Positions 17,509 to 27,438 of a stretch of DNA of 63,444 nt are shown in pieces. The DNA comes from an uncultured Syntrophaceae bacterium. Lineage in GTDB: Bacteria; Desulfobacterota; Syntrophia; Syntrophales; UBA5619. The stretch's first letter is position 1, and each line of letters opens with the position of its first letter. The translations under genes and the position numbers were made by a program. Below the pieces are notes generated by a model. The model did not search any database. It worked only from the letters and a program-made list of their open reading frames with translations, and was not told the DNA's origin. The stretch is taken from assembly GCA_964433455.1 (NCBI GenBank), contig CAYSSF010000002.1, positions 7,950-71,393 of the forward strand, given 5' to 3'.

Positions 17509-18606
17509 ATGGCGGCAAAAATGGCAAGAGCGGCTGTTATGACGAAAATCAATGGAGATTTGGAAATCCGGGAGTATCCGTTACCCCGGGTGGCGCAAGG
17601 GGCCATGCTGGTCAGGGTGTCCTGTTGCACGATATGCGGTTCGGACATCCTGGCATGGTCGGGGAAGAAGAAAGCCCCGGTCCCCATGATTCTCGGCCAT
17701 GAAATCGTAGGAAGGATTGTAAAACTTGGCGTGGGGGTGGTCTCCGATTCGGGGAATCGGACGCTGAAGGCAGGGGATCGAATCACGTGGACCATCATGG
17801 ACAATTGCGGGAAGTGCTATTATTGCCGGGAAAAGGGACTGATGATGAAATGCCTGAATCTGAAGAAGTACGGGCATGACTGCTGCGACGATTATCCCCA
17901 TTTCACGGGAGGTTTCGCCGAATACTGCTACATCACCCCCGGTACCTGTGTCGTCAAGGTGCCGGATGAACTGACCGACGCAGAGGCGGCGCCGGCCAAT
18001 TGTGCCCTGGCAACAGTTGTGGCAGGATGGGAAGCCGCCGATCTGAAGCCCTTTGAGAACGTCCTGATCCAGGGCGCCGGCGCCCTGGGATTTTATGCGG
18101 CTGCCCTGGCAAAACACTATGGATGCAGGAGAATCATCGTGACGGACATCCTGGCTCATCGCCTCGAGGCGATCAGGAAGTTCGGCGCGACGGACACGAT
18201 CAATACCGCGGGGATGAGGGATGAGGATCTCGTCGGCGCGGTCCGCGACCTTACCGCCGGTTTCGGTGTTGATGCAGCCATGGATGTCGCCATTGCCCCG
18301 AGCATTGTCCCCGTCGGATTGAAGTGTTTGCGAATGGGCGGCCGATAGATTGAGCATGGCAATACGTTTCCCGGAGCAACCGCCACGTTCGATGTTTCCG
18401 ACATCGTGTTTCGGTGTCTCACGATTCGGGGAGTGCATAACTATGATACGCGGCATCTCCAATGGGGGATTGATTTTCTAGCACAGACAAGAGGGACTTT
18501 TCCTTTTGAGAAACTCGTCATCGGGCGGTTTCCCCTCGCGGAGATCAACCAGGCGATGAATCTTGCCCGTTCAGGAAAGGCGATTCGCGTCGCGATCGTC
18601 CCATAG
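17509..18606 (+). pseudogene. zinc-type (MDR) alcohol dehydrogenase interrupted by one in-frame TAG
   Basis: GHEIVG, structural-Zn loop CGKCYYCREK, and NAD motif GAGALG. Track ORFs 17509-18348 and 18406-18606 are in the same frame. ...LRMGGR-TAG(18346-18348)-IEHGNTF... reads through as one ~365-aa ADH. Confidence 0.7.
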
Positions 18607-18648
18607 CGATTCCTCAAAGGGGGAAAATATATCAGGAGGAAGTAAAAC

Positions 18649-19377
18649 ATGGGAAAAATCAGTATGGTGATGTTTGACCTTTCGGGAACGACGGTCTACG
18701 ACGATACGGGGGTGCGGGACTGTCTCTACCAGGCAGCGCAGGAGTACAAGCTCAATGCCACACCGGAAGAAATCCTCTATCATATGGGAACAAACAAGAT
18801 CCATCTCTACCAGTTCCTGATTGCCCGGCAGATGGGAAGGAAGATCGATATCGAAGATTTCGAGAAGACCAAGGATCCGGATACATACGAAGAGGCCCGG
18901 AAGGTCTTCGACCGGTACCAACAGATCATGCTCGAATATTACCGCCAGCAGTGCAAGGCCATTCCCGGGGCAACCGACACGCTCCGCTGGTGCCACAAGC
19001 ACGGGATCAAGGTGGCCACGGACACGGGATTTCACCGGCTCATCACGGATGCCCTCATGGACGGCCTGGGGTGGGTGAGGAATGGTCTGGTGGATATTGC
19101 CGTGGACGTAGAGCATGTTCCCGGAGAGATCGGCCGACCGGCCCCCTTCATGCTCTTTTACGCCATGACCATGCTGAATATTCAGAGCGTCCACGAGGTG
19201 ATCAAGATCGGGGATACGCCGGCTGACATGCTGGAAGGCAAAAATGCGGGTTGCCGCGGCGTGGTAGGCGTGCTCAGCGGTCCCCGGCCGGTCACCGACT
19301 GGGGAAAATACTGGCATACCCACGTGATTCCCAGTGTGGGCGATCTTCCGGAATTGATCGAGAAAGAGTTCTCCTGA
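18649..19377 (+). CDS. HAD-superfamily hydrolase, phosphonoacetaldehyde hydrolase (PhnX)-like
   Basis: HAD motif I is MFDLSGTTV, and there is a late GDTPADM motif. Size (242 aa) and pattern fit the phosphonatase-like subgroup. AGGAGG RBS. Confidence 0.65.
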   Translation: MGKISMVMFDLSGTTVYDDTGVRDCLYQAAQEYKLNATPEEILYHMGTNKIHLYQFLIARQMGRKIDIEDFEKTKDPDTYEEARKVFDRYQQIMLEYYRQQCKAIPGATDTLRWCHKHGIKVATDTGFHRLITDALMDGLGWVRNGLVDIAVDVEHVPGEIGRPAPFMLFYAMTMLNIQSVHEVIKIGDTPADMLEGKNAGCRGVVGVLSGPRPVTDWGKYWHTHVIPSVGDLPELIEKEFS

Positions 19378-19418
19378 CAAGAAGCATCAAGAGGCCGCTG
19401 ATGGTCTCTGCTCGCTTA

Positions 19419-20726
19419 TCACCAGTAGGCGATCGCCCCCTGGAACAGGTGTTCCAAGTCCTCTTTGCCGACCATCCGCGGTGCATTGTCAAGAAGCCGC
19501 CTTTGCGGCATTGCCTTGGCAGTCAGCGCGGCGACATCCCCGTGGTCAAAACCGACACCGGAGAGTCCGTTGGGGATGCCGGTCGTTCGCATCATCTTTA
19601 CAAACCAGTCCGCCAGCACGGATCCCGCGTCTTCCGGTTTCACTTCCCGGATGTCGATGCCAAGTGCCTCGGCTGCACGCAAATGGCGTTCGGGGGAGGT
19701 CGGTCCCGTAAAACGAAACGCAGCGGGCGCATTTACGACCACGGCTACTCCATGAGGGACCAGCGGGTGATCCTGGGGATAGCCCGGAGCGAAATAATTC
19801 CTGGCCAGGCCCGAGACGGCGTAGGACATGCCGTGGGGCAGGTGACAACCGGCATTGTTGAAACCGATTCCCGCAAGCATTCCCGCAAACATCAGGGGTT
19901 CTCGAAGATCGAGGTCGGAGGGCTCCAATACCGCCTGCGCCAGCCATTTTCCCGCGATGCGAATGGCCGCCAGACAGGAAAAGTCACTGTACGGATTTGC
20001 CCCCTGGCTGGTGGGACGGAGATCGGGTCTATCGGGTCTCGGTCTGTGCGTATAGGGACGCGCCGTGAAACTTTCGATGGCATGGGTCAATACGTCAAAT
20101 CCATTGGCGGCAAGGATGAAAGGAGGGAGGGTATGGAGCACCGTTGGATCGAGGAGGCCCAGAACGGGCTTGAGGCGTTTGGATACAATGCCTGACTTTG
20201 CCCCCATTTCCGGAAAGTCGCAAATGGCATGGCCGGTACACTCACTGGCCGTGCCAAATGTGGTTGGGCAGGCGATGTGCGGTTTCAGCGGACCGGGAAC
20301 GACTTTGGCGGCGCCAATCGGGGCATTGACATAGGCCATCATGTCGTCGGGATAGGTCGAGTAGAGGTTTGCGGCCTTGCAGGTGTCAATGACGGATCCG
20401 CCGCCGACTGAAACAAAACCATCATACCTGCCCTCCTTGGTGAAACGCGCGCCTGCCTGAAACGACGCATCCGTCGGCTCCACGGCAACCTCATCGTAGA
20501 CGACCGCATCGATACCGGCACGGCGCAATGAGTCGACCACTGTCTCCAACGGTTTCAACTTGGCGACCCATCGATCGGTGAAGACCGCAACGCGGGACAT
20601 TCCCAAACTCCGTGCATCATCTCCGATTTCCGACAACACGCCGGAACCGAATTTTACCGTCGCACCCTCGACTGCAAAGGCGGTATCGCCGGTTTCCGTC
20701 CTGCTGAAATAGGGGTCAATCGGCAT
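19419..20726 (-). CDS. iron-containing (group III) alcohol dehydrogenase, hydroxyacid-oxoacid transhydrogenase-like
   Basis: VGGGSVIDTCKA and PTTFGTASE motifs, 435 aa. AAGGAG RBS. It starts 36 nt after phnE, so it is probably co-transcribed with phnCDE. Confidence 0.8.
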   Translation of the reverse strand: MPIDPYFSRTETGDTAFAVEGATVKFGSGVLSEIGDDARSLGMSRVAVFTDRWVAKLKPLETVVDSLRRAGIDAVVYDEVAVEPTDASFQAGARFTKEGRYDGFVSVGGGSVIDTCKAANLYSTYPDDMMAYVNAPIGAAKVVPGPLKPHIACPTTFGTASECTGHAICDFPEMGAKSGIVSKRLKPVLGLLDPTVLHTLPPFILAANGFDVLTHAIESFTARPYTHRPRPDRPDLRPTSQGANPYSDFSCLAAIRIAGKWLAQAVLEPSDLDLREPLMFAGMLAGIGFNNAGCHLPHGMSYAVSGLARNYFAPGYPQDHPLVPHGVAVVVNAPAAFRFTGPTSPERHLRAAEALGIDIREVKPEDAGSVLADWFVKMMRTTGIPNGLSGVGFDHGDVAALTAKAMPQRRLLDNAPRMVGKEDLEHLFQGAIAYW

Positions 20727-20762
20727 TCTGCACTCCTTCGCCTGTTCCTCGGATACCGCTGA

Positions 20763-21581
20763 TTAGATGAATGCTTTACGCAGTTTCTCTGAGGCCATGT
20801 CGAGACAACTGACAACGATGATGATGACGAGCAGCACCGCGCAGGTGCTCGTGTAATTGAAGCTCCTGATCAGTTCCCACAAAACCATCCCGATGCCTCC
20901 TCCACCTACCATTCCCAAAACCGTTGCCGAGCGCACATTTGCCTCAAAACGGTACAGTGAATAGGATATCCATAACGGCATGACCTGCGGTATCACGCCG
21001 AACGTTATTTCTTGGAGGGCATTGGCTCCCGTCGACCGGATGCCTTCGACGGGACGCGGATCGATGGCCTCCACGGCCTCGGAAAACAGTTTTGACAGCG
21101 TGCCGGTCGTGTGGACAAAAAGCGCCAGAACACCGGCAAAGGGGCCGAGTCCGACGGCAACGACAAACAGGAGTGCAAAAACCATCTCGTTGATGGCGCG
21201 GCAGGAGTCCATCAGCCGACGAACCGGCTGGTATATCCAGGGAGATACAATGTTGCTGGAACAGAGCAGGCCGAAGGGAATGGACAATACAACGGACAGC
21301 ACCGTACCCCAGACGGCGATCTGGATCGTGACGACCATCTCCTCCACATAAAACCGCCATTCGGCAAAATTGGGGGGAAAGAATCCTTTTGCATAGGTCG
21401 CCATGTTACCGGCGTCTTTTATCAGGTCCAGGGGTCTCATTTCCGCACCTTTCCATGACCAGGCAAGGACGGCAAAAAACAGCCCCCAGGCGACGAGCCG
21501 CATCACTTTTCCTTTAGGGTCCCGTCCAGTGAGCATTGATTCTCCCATGGTGTCGATGGTGGGTGTCGTATGCATGATCAT
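20763..21581 (-). CDS. phnE: phosphonate ABC transporter permease PhnE
   Basis: Polytopic permease with the [16 protein letters not shown] loop typical of PhnE. Operon position follows phnC and phnD. Confidence 0.85.
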   Translation of the reverse strand: MIMHTTPTIDTMGESMLTGRDPKGKVMRLVAWGLFFAVLAWSWKGAEMRPLDLIKDAGNMATYAKGFFPPNFAEWRFYVEEMVVTIQIAVWGTVLSVVLSIPFGLLCSSNIVSPWIYQPVRRLMDSCRAINEMVFALLFVVAVGLGPFAGVLALFVHTTGTLSKLFSEAVEAIDPRPVEGIRSTGANALQEITFGVIPQVMPLWISYSLYRFEANVRSATVLGMVGGGGIGMVLWELIRSFNYTSTCAVLLVIIIVVSCLDMASEKLRKAFI

Positions 21582-21631
21582 TCGTGTCCCGATTGCCGGT
21601 ATCAGAAAAGAGGCAAAGCCTTCCCGTCATA

Positions 21632-22618
21632 TTATTTAATCGGCGCCCTTTTTGCCAATTCGGTGAGATCGGCATCGATCTTCGCAAGCTTGGCGCGTTT
21701 TTCTTCAGCATTCAACCTGGCGTCATTCCCGATCTTGACTTTCTCCTTGAAGAGCTCGAGTTGTCTGATGGGAATGAGCTGATCGTTATTCGATTCCCTG
21801 AATGGTCCCCAATTGTGGATTTCGGCGAGAACTTTCAGCTCCTGCTCGGTTTTGCCGTAATTCATGAAAAAGGACTTGATCTTCGCCTTCATCTCTTCCG
21901 GGAGGTCCTTCCTCCAGGCGATGGGATCACTGGGGATGAGGGGCGATTTCCAAAAGATTCTGATATTCTGGAAGTAATCGGGATGGGTCTTTTTGAGCCG
22001 GCTCAGATCCATCGTATTGTTGGTGGCAAAATCGACCTGTTTCGTCGCCACGGCAAGGGCGTTGGTTTCATGGTTGGAATTGACCGTACGCTTGAAGTGC
22101 TTGGCGGGGTCGATATTGTTCAAGGCAAAGACATAGTAGCCGGGAACGAGATAACCCGAGGTGGAATTGGGATCGCCGTTGCCGAACGTATATTGTTTGC
22201 CGTTCTTGATGATGTCATCGACACTCTGGATGGCGCTGTCTTTGTGGGTGATGAGCAAGGACCAGTAGCCGGGGTCGCCGTTCCTGTCTACGGTTTGAAC
22301 AAAGATCTCGGCATTTGCCCGATCTACCGCTTCCATGGCCGATTTATTGCCGTACCAGGCGAGCTGTATCTTGTTGAACCGCATGGCCTCGATGATACCG
22401 GCATAGTCCGAGGCAAAAAAAGTATTGACCTTCATTCCCAGTTTCCTCTCCATGTCCTGGAGAAGGGGCGCCCAAATCGACTTCAGGCCGACCGAGGATT
22501 CTGTGGAAATGATCCCGAAGTTAAGCTCCTTGAGTTCCGCGGCCTGCACAAATCCCGGCAGGGAGAGTAGCGCGACGATGGCCGAAAACACGATATACCT
22601 GATACTTCTCCTAATCAT
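21632..22618 (-). CDS. phnD: phosphonate/phosphite ABC transporter substrate-binding protein PhnD
   Basis: Signal peptide, LNFGIISTES and AWYGNKSAMEAV motifs of the PhnD family. GAGGAGG RBS. Confidence 0.85.
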   Translation of the reverse strand: MIRRSIRYIVFSAIVALLSLPGFVQAAELKELNFGIISTESSVGLKSIWAPLLQDMERKLGMKVNTFFASDYAGIIEAMRFNKIQLAWYGNKSAMEAVDRANAEIFVQTVDRNGDPGYWSLLITHKDSAIQSVDDIIKNGKQYTFGNGDPNSTSGYLVPGYYVFALNNIDPAKHFKRTVNSNHETNALAVATKQVDFATNNTMDLSRLKKTHPDYFQNIRIFWKSPLIPSDPIAWRKDLPEEMKAKIKSFFMNYGKTEQELKVLAEIHNWGPFRESNNDQLIPIRQLELFKEKVKIGNDARLNAEEKRAKLAKIDADLTELAKRAPIK

Positions 22619-22678
22619 TGTTGCCTCCTCTGTTCAATTGGAATAATCGGTTATTATTGAATTTCCTGTTGTATCCGA

Positions 22679-23581
22679 TCACTGTATCGCGGCGTTTGCG
22701 TGGACAAGGACACCGTTCCCGCCGGTGGTGTGAGCCGGGATAGGGATGTCCGCAATATTCGCGAGCGACTGTTCCTCTACACAGGTCTCGATGAATTTTT
22801 CCCCGTAGATATCATGCAGCATCTCTACGCTCACATCGCTGCTCGGCCCGTCATACACGATCTCGCCGTCCTTAAGCGCGATAATGCGCTCACAATACCT
22901 GAGGGCATAATCAACCTGGTGTAGTGAAACAACGATGGTCTTTCGGTCTTCCAGATTGATCCGGGCCAGTATCTCCATGACGTTCCGGGCGGAAGCGGGA
23001 TCAAGAGATGCTATGGGTTCGTCTGCCAGAATGATCTCCGCCCCTTGCATAAGGGCGCGGGCAATCGCAACGCGCTGCTGCTGCCCGCCCGAGAGGGTCG
23101 ATGCCCGCTGCATGGCGAATTTGTCCATGCCCACGCGGGCCAGTGCTTCCAGCGCCTGGACGCGTTCTTCCCGGGTAAACAGTCCAGCTGTTCCCCGCCA
23201 GGACGGTATCCTCCCCAAAGAACCGGCGAGAACATTGGAGAGCACCGTCAGATGGTTTACGATGTTGAATTGCTGAAAAATAAAACCCACCCGCGCCCGT
23301 ATCGCCCGTATGTCACGATCAACTACGCCATTGGCCTGCACACTTCTGCCGAGCACGACGATAGAGTTGGTGATGCAGTCCGCCGCGGTCAGCCCCGAAA
23401 CATGTCGCAGCATCGTCGATTTGCCCGATCCCGAAGCGCCGATCAGTCCGACCATTTGCCCCGATCCTATACTCAGGCTGACGTTGTCGAGGGCTTTACA
23501 TGCTTGGCGTCCGGTCTGGAAGGTTTTGCTGAGACTGTAGATCTCTATGGCCGGGCATGATGCGGTGGGAGACAAGCTCAT
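22679..23581 (-). CDS. phnC: phosphonate ABC transporter ATP-binding protein PhnC
   Basis: Walker [10 protein letters not shown], signature LSGGQQQRV, Walker B ILADEP. ATG 23581 has GGAGG 6 nt upstream; the track start at 23620 is further upstream. Confidence 0.88.
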   Translation of the reverse strand: MSLSPTASCPAIEIYSLSKTFQTGRQACKALDNVSLSIGSGQMVGLIGASGSGKSTMLRHVSGLTAADCITNSIVVLGRSVQANGVVDRDIRAIRARVGFIFQQFNIVNHLTVLSNVLAGSLGRIPSWRGTAGLFTREERVQALEALARVGMDKFAMQRASTLSGGQQQRVAIARALMQGAEIILADEPIASLDPASARNVMEILARINLEDRKTIVVSLHQVDYALRYCERIIALKDGEIVYDGPSSDVSVEMLHDIYGEKFIETCVEEQSLANIADIPIPAHTTGGNGVLVHANAAIQ

Positions 23582-23615
23582 CGGTACCTCCGGGATTGTG
23601 ATTTGCCAATACGCT

Positions 23616-23654
23616 ATCACCCATTCGTTACGGGCGCATTAAAGCAATGTTACA
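23616..23654 (-). promoter_or_regulatory. Pho-box-like array upstream of phnCDE
   Basis: Minus strand reads TGTAAC(23654-23649), TTTAAT(23643-23638), CGTAAC(23632-23627), GGTGAT(23621-23616) at 11-bp spacing. It lies very close to the start codon (35-46 nt), which implies a short leader. Confidence 0.45.
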
Positions 23655-23702
23655 TTTGTATTTCTTTGGATGCCCCTATGGCTCCACCCATTCACTATCA
23701 TT

Positions 23703-23733
23703 AGGAGGGCGGACGGTATCCGTCCGCCCTCCT
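23703..23733 (-). terminator. 13-bp perfect stem-loop downstream of the phosphatase gene
   Basis: AGGAGGGCGGACG (23703-23715), loop gtatc, CGTCCGCCCTCCT (23721-23733), 15 nt after the stop at 23748. There is no strong U-tract. Confidence 0.5.
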
Positions 23734-23747
23734 TGCCTTGGGTTAAG

Positions 23748-26700
23748 TTACTGTACCAGCGGGGCCCCGGCCACTTCCACCACCAGGGCCGGCGGCTGCT
23801 TGCCTTCAGCGGTTTCGAAGTCCCAGCCGTCGCTGCTCGTCGGCTCGAAGAACCAGCCGTGGTTCGCCTGACCGTCGACCCAGGCCTGGACGGCCGCGGT
23901 AAGATCGACGGTCAGGTTTTCAGCGGGGTTGCCGCTGGCGGCCGGAGGGGTATAAACCGTGCCGTACCCGCCGGGCTGCAGGATGAAGGGAACGGGAATC
24001 GGCTTCGGCATGGTGAAGGTGGCGTCAACAGCAGACATGGCCTCCACGTCGTCGGCCTGCACCCCGCCGCCTGTCATGACGGCCGGGAGGACGACATTGG
24101 CATAGATGCCGGTATCGAAATTGAAGTAGGTCAATGCCTCCCAGGAGGGCTGGCCCGCCGAGTCGACCGGCGTGAAGTTCATCCAGGTGGTATTCTCGCC
24201 CCACGGGAGAAGCATCCGGTGCATTTTCACTTTCCCCTTGGTGGAACTGGTGGCATTGAAGACCAGTCTTGCAGAGGCAATGGTCGCCCCCGGAGGTATC
24301 TGGCCCGGATTGGCGCCGATGATGTCGTCGAAGCGGAGGAAGGCGTGGACCCGTGAACCGTTGTCGTCCATATCGGTGGTCAGGGTTGCCTCCCCGCCGT
24401 AGTTGAGGGTCGCATTGTTCTCGTTGATCTGCACGTCCACCGTGCCGGCGTAGGGGATGGTGGTGCCGACGAGCGGGCGGCGGTTCTGGAAGACGTGCGA
24501 ATAAGAGACCGCTGCCGGGATGGCGTTGAGCGGCGGCAATGGGGGCGGAGGAGGCTCGGGCCCGAAATCCACCGTCGTATCGTAGGCCAAACGTTCCTTG
24601 ATGTCGACGCTGTACTCGAACTGGCTGTCGGCGTCGGTCTCGAAGTAGTTCAGATTGACCGGTTGCCCGCTCACCTGATGGTAGGGAGAGAAGGTCTTAA
24701 CGGAGATCTTCGCCTGGACCGGATCGATGGTGATGAGCCGCATCAGGCTGTTGCCGCCGAAAGCGCGATCCTGGTAGTCGGAGAGCATCTGAAAGACCGG
24801 CCGGTTGGCGTCGTTGTGGTTCACCAGGGCGTACTCGGTGTGGGTGTGGCCGTTCAGCACCATGAACACCATGGGGTTTTTCTTGACGAAATCCCTCCAC
24901 ATCATCCGGCCGGTCGTACTCTGGCCGCTGCCATCGATGTAATCATGGGTGGAGACGATGACCGGCAGCCCCTGCATATCGGGACTCGCGAGCAGGGCGT
25001 TGGCCCAGGCGATCTCGGCGGCGGTCGGATCCTTCTGGAAACCGATGTGCAGGAACCGGATGTTCTCGACCGTGAACATCTGGGCCTGGGTCAGACCCGA
25101 CGGAGCTGCGCCGACAAACCAGGGCTTCCCCTGCATGGTCTTCACCGGAATATTGTTCAGGAAGAAGGCCGGTTCGTCATGGTTCCCGCGAACGATGGAG
25201 AAAGGCAGGGAATTCTGGGCCAGGAGCGGGTCGAGGGCCGCCATGGCATTGGTCCACTGGGCGCGGTCGATGCCGTTGTCCACCACGTCGCCCAGGTGGG
25301 TGACAAAGACGATATTCTGGCTGGCGGCATTGTCCAGTACCCAATCGACCTGCTTCTTGAACTCGATGAGGTTCTCTTCCGCATAGACCTGCGTGTCCGG
25401 CAGGACGGCGATGGTGAAGGGTTTTGTGAGGGCGCGAGCGGCTTTGGCGTTCGCTGCCTTGAACATCGGGACAAAGCTCGTCTCCCGGTTCTCGTCGGTC
25501 AGTTCCAGCCAATCCAGCATCGCTTTGTAAATGTGGGTGTTGTCCAGCAGCTTGGTGCCGGGATACCAGGCGCCCTCGAGAGCGGTGAGACTCTGTGTAC
25601 CCGCCCCCCGGGCATAAACGGTTACCGGTTCGTTGGTGTGAGAGTTGAGACCATTGCCGTCAAAGCCGTAGGTGATCTCCCCACCGGGATAGTAATAGGA
25701 GACGTTGGTGGCATACCCGGACGCCGCGCCGCCGTCGCTCAGCGGATTCTGCTGGGGCAGCTTGCCCTTGGCCAGCTTCATGGCGGTGTTGATTCGCATG
25801 TAGCTGTTGCCGTGGTCGGAGGTGATGATCACCAGGGTGTTGCTCCAGTCAACCCCGTCCCCCGGCTGGTCGATGAAGGCTTCCACGGCCTTGACCGCCA
25901 GGTCGAGGTCCCACATGCCTCCCATCAGCCCTTTGTAGTCGTCGGCATGGTTGGCCCAGTCGATATCGCCCTGCTCGATCATCAGGAAAAATCCGTTCTT
26001 GTTCTGGCTGAGCACCTTGAGTGCAGCCGTCGAAGCCTGCGCAAGCGTGGGATTCTCGATGGAGCCGCGGGTAATCGACGCTGTTCCATCATTTGAGACG
26101 TTGTGGTATTCGAAACTGCCGCCCGCCCCGCCGAAGAGGCCGAACAGCTTCTTTTTGCCGCTGATCGCCTGATCGGCTTTCGCGAGCAGCGTCGTACCGC
26201 CATCGACCCCGGACTTTCGCTCGGCCAAGACATATTCCGTGGAGGTCTGTAGATTGGCATACTCCGGGGCGCCTATATATTGATAGGCCGCGGGACCGCT
26301 GATGCCCGCCTTGTCGTTGTACGCCGGATGCCCGCCTCCGATGACCACCTCCGGACGGACCTGGGTGATAATCTCTTTGGTGATGGCCTGATAGTTGTTC
26401 CGGCTTACGTTGTGGCTCACAAACCCTGCCGGCGTAGCGTGGCTGAAGGGCACCGTGGAGACAACCCCCATGGCCGCCTTCTTCTGACGGCGGTACATCT
26501 CGGCTATGGTCACCAGGCTCCCGTTGTCCGGGTCGCCCGTCCGCCAGGCGACGTTGCCGTCATCGGTCTTGAACCCCGTCGCCAGGGCGGTGGCTGCCGA
26601 GGCGGAGTCGGTGGCCGGGACGGCGCCGCCGTCCGTTGCCCGCAGCTTCAGCTTTGCTCCGTAGTAGTTCACGGCCGCCGTGGAATTGACGGCCGCCATG

Positions 26701-27116
26701 GCATCCTGTACGTACGGCATCTTGCCGCCTTTGGCGGGGTCATACCCCAGGGCGGCGGCAAAGCTGGTGGTCACCTGAGAATCGAACCCGGAATCGGCGA
26801 TGGTGGGTGCGCCGGCCGTGTAGGCGTACCGGTTGTACGTGGTTACGTCCCAGGTCGAGGCTTCCCCTTTGTAGGGGAAGTTCCACATTTCCAGCCCGGT
26901 GTCGTATGATCCCGTCGAATAGTTGTTATACGCCCGTTCATGTTCCAGTTGCATCCCGTCGCCGATGATCAGGATGACGTTCTTTGCACCCGCGTTGTTG
27001 CTCGCCGCTGCGTCACTGCCGCTGCAGCCGGCCAAGCCGCTCAGCATGATGAGGACCACCACCGCCGCCAGCGTCCTCGACCTGAATTTGTACAACCATC
27101 CTTTGTTCCTACGCAT
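23748..27116 (-). CDS. secreted lipoprotein fusing alkaline phosphatase (PhoA-type), calcineurin-like metallophosphoesterase and a DNRLRE-like C-terminal domain
   Basis: Lipobox LSGLAGC after MRRNKGWLYKFRSRTLAAVVVLIM. AP motifs IIGDGMQ, TDSASAATALATG, ITSDHGN. MPE motifs LPDTQ, HLGDVVDNG, RGNHDE, LNGHTH. C-terminal RVHAFLRFD...IASARL...LLPWGENTTW. AGGAGG RBS at ATG 27116. Confidence 0.85.
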   Translation of the reverse strand: MRRNKGWLYKFRSRTLAAVVVLIMLSGLAGCSGSDAAASNNAGAKNVILIIGDGMQLEHERAYNNYSTGSYDTGLEMWNFPYKGEASTWDVTTYNRYAYTAGAPTIADSGFDSQVTTSFAAALGYDPAKGGKMPYVQDAMAAVNSTAAVNYYGAKLKLRATDGGAVPATDSASAATALATGFKTDDGNVAWRTGDPDNGSLVTIAEMYRRQKKAAMGVVSTVPFSHATPAGFVSHNVSRNNYQAITKEIITQVRPEVVIGGGHPAYNDKAGISGPAAYQYIGAPEYANLQTSTEYVLAERKSGVDGGTTLLAKADQAISGKKKLFGLFGGAGGSFEYHNVSNDGTASITRGSIENPTLAQASTAALKVLSQNKNGFFLMIEQGDIDWANHADDYKGLMGGMWDLDLAVKAVEAFIDQPGDGVDWSNTLVIITSDHGNSYMRINTAMKLAKGKLPQQNPLSDGGAASGYATNVSYYYPGGEITYGFDGNGLNSHTNEPVTVYARGAGTQSLTALEGAWYPGTKLLDNTHIYKAMLDWLELTDENRETSFVPMFKAANAKAARALTKPFTIAVLPDTQVYAEENLIEFKKQVDWVLDNAASQNIVFVTHLGDVVDNGIDRAQWTNAMAALDPLLAQNSLPFSIVRGNHDEPAFFLNNIPVKTMQGKPWFVGAAPSGLTQAQMFTVENIRFLHIGFQKDPTAAEIAWANALLASPDMQGLPVIVSTHDYIDGSGQSTTGRMMWRDFVKKNPMVFMVLNGHTHTEYALVNHNDANRPVFQMLSDYQDRAFGGNSLMRLITIDPVQAKISVKTFSPYHQVSGQPVNLNYFETDADSQFEYSVDIKERLAYDTTVDFGPEPPPPPLPPLNAIPAAVSYSHVFQNRRPLVGTTIPYAGTVDVQINENNATLNYGGEATLTTDMDDNGSRVHAFLRFDDIIGANPGQIPPGATIASARLVFNATSSTKGKVKMHRMLLPWGENTTWMNFTPVDSAGQPSWEALTYFNFDTGIYANVVLPAVMTGGGVQADDVEAMSAVDATFTMPKPIPVPFILQPGGYGTVYTPPAASGNPAENLTVDLTAAVQAWVDGQANHGWFFEPTSSDGWDFETAEGKQPPALVVEVAGAPLVQ

Positions 27117-27251
27117 CTCGCCTTTCCTCCTGAACTGAAATGTCAAGCGCGCACGCCACTCCTGTGCGTTGAGCTGTCGCGCCCAGCCGCGTCCACCCGC
27201 GGCATCCGGCGCCCCTCGCATCTTCCGATGCAGGGTTTCTACTGCTTCCTC

Positions 27252-27290
27252 ATTACAGGGCTGTTAAGGCGATATGAAATCTCGGTGAAA
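27252..27290 (-). promoter_or_regulatory. Pho-box-like array (4 phased half-sites) upstream of the phosphatase lipoprotein gene
   Basis: Minus strand reads TTTCAC(27290-27285), TTTCAT(27279-27274), CTTAAC(27268-27263), TGTAAT(27257-27252) at 11-bp spacing, 136 nt before ATG 27116. Confidence 0.55.
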
Positions 27291-27331
27291 AAACAATGGC
27301 ACGTTCTATGCGGACAACCATTTTGAAATAT

Positions 27332-27438
27332 TCATCTTTGTTTAACCTGGGCGGTCAAAGGATCGAATCGCTCCTCCGACGCGCCGGTCAAGAGCGCCGG
27401 GTCAGGGAAGTTCCAATGGAGACGTTTGTACTTTTCAT
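27332..27438 (-). pseudogene. second internally deleted arsC-type relic, overlapping the 3' end of the oxidoreductase gene
   Basis: Minus strand reads ATGAAAAGTAC joined to AAACGTCTCCATTGGAACTTCCCTGACCCGGCGCTCTTGACCGGC..., i.e. KRLHWNFPDPALLTGASEERFD.... This has high nt similarity to the [15 protein letters not shown] region of arsC at 43865-44299. The central part of the gene is absent. Confidence 0.65.

Noticed and set aside
18346-18348. TAG read as pyrrolysine
   Set aside because: No pylS, pylT or pylBCD-like genes or methylamine methyltransferases are in the window, and by analogy with MDR-type ADHs I guess an ordinary Tyr codon there. A nonsense mutation or sequencing error is far more likely. 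The question stays open only until the whole genome is checked.
24495-26096. 533-aa plus-strand ORF (and several others) inside the phosphatase gene
   Set aside because: It is an antisense shadow of the 1122-aa lipoprotein gene, with low-complexity Gly/Arg/Val-rich sequence and no RBS. The same reasoning applies to 33633-35075, 21584-22570, 40708-41928, 41786-42946, 45621-47078, 14662-15738, 6591-7679, 38521-39615, 11651-12598 and 62144-63394.
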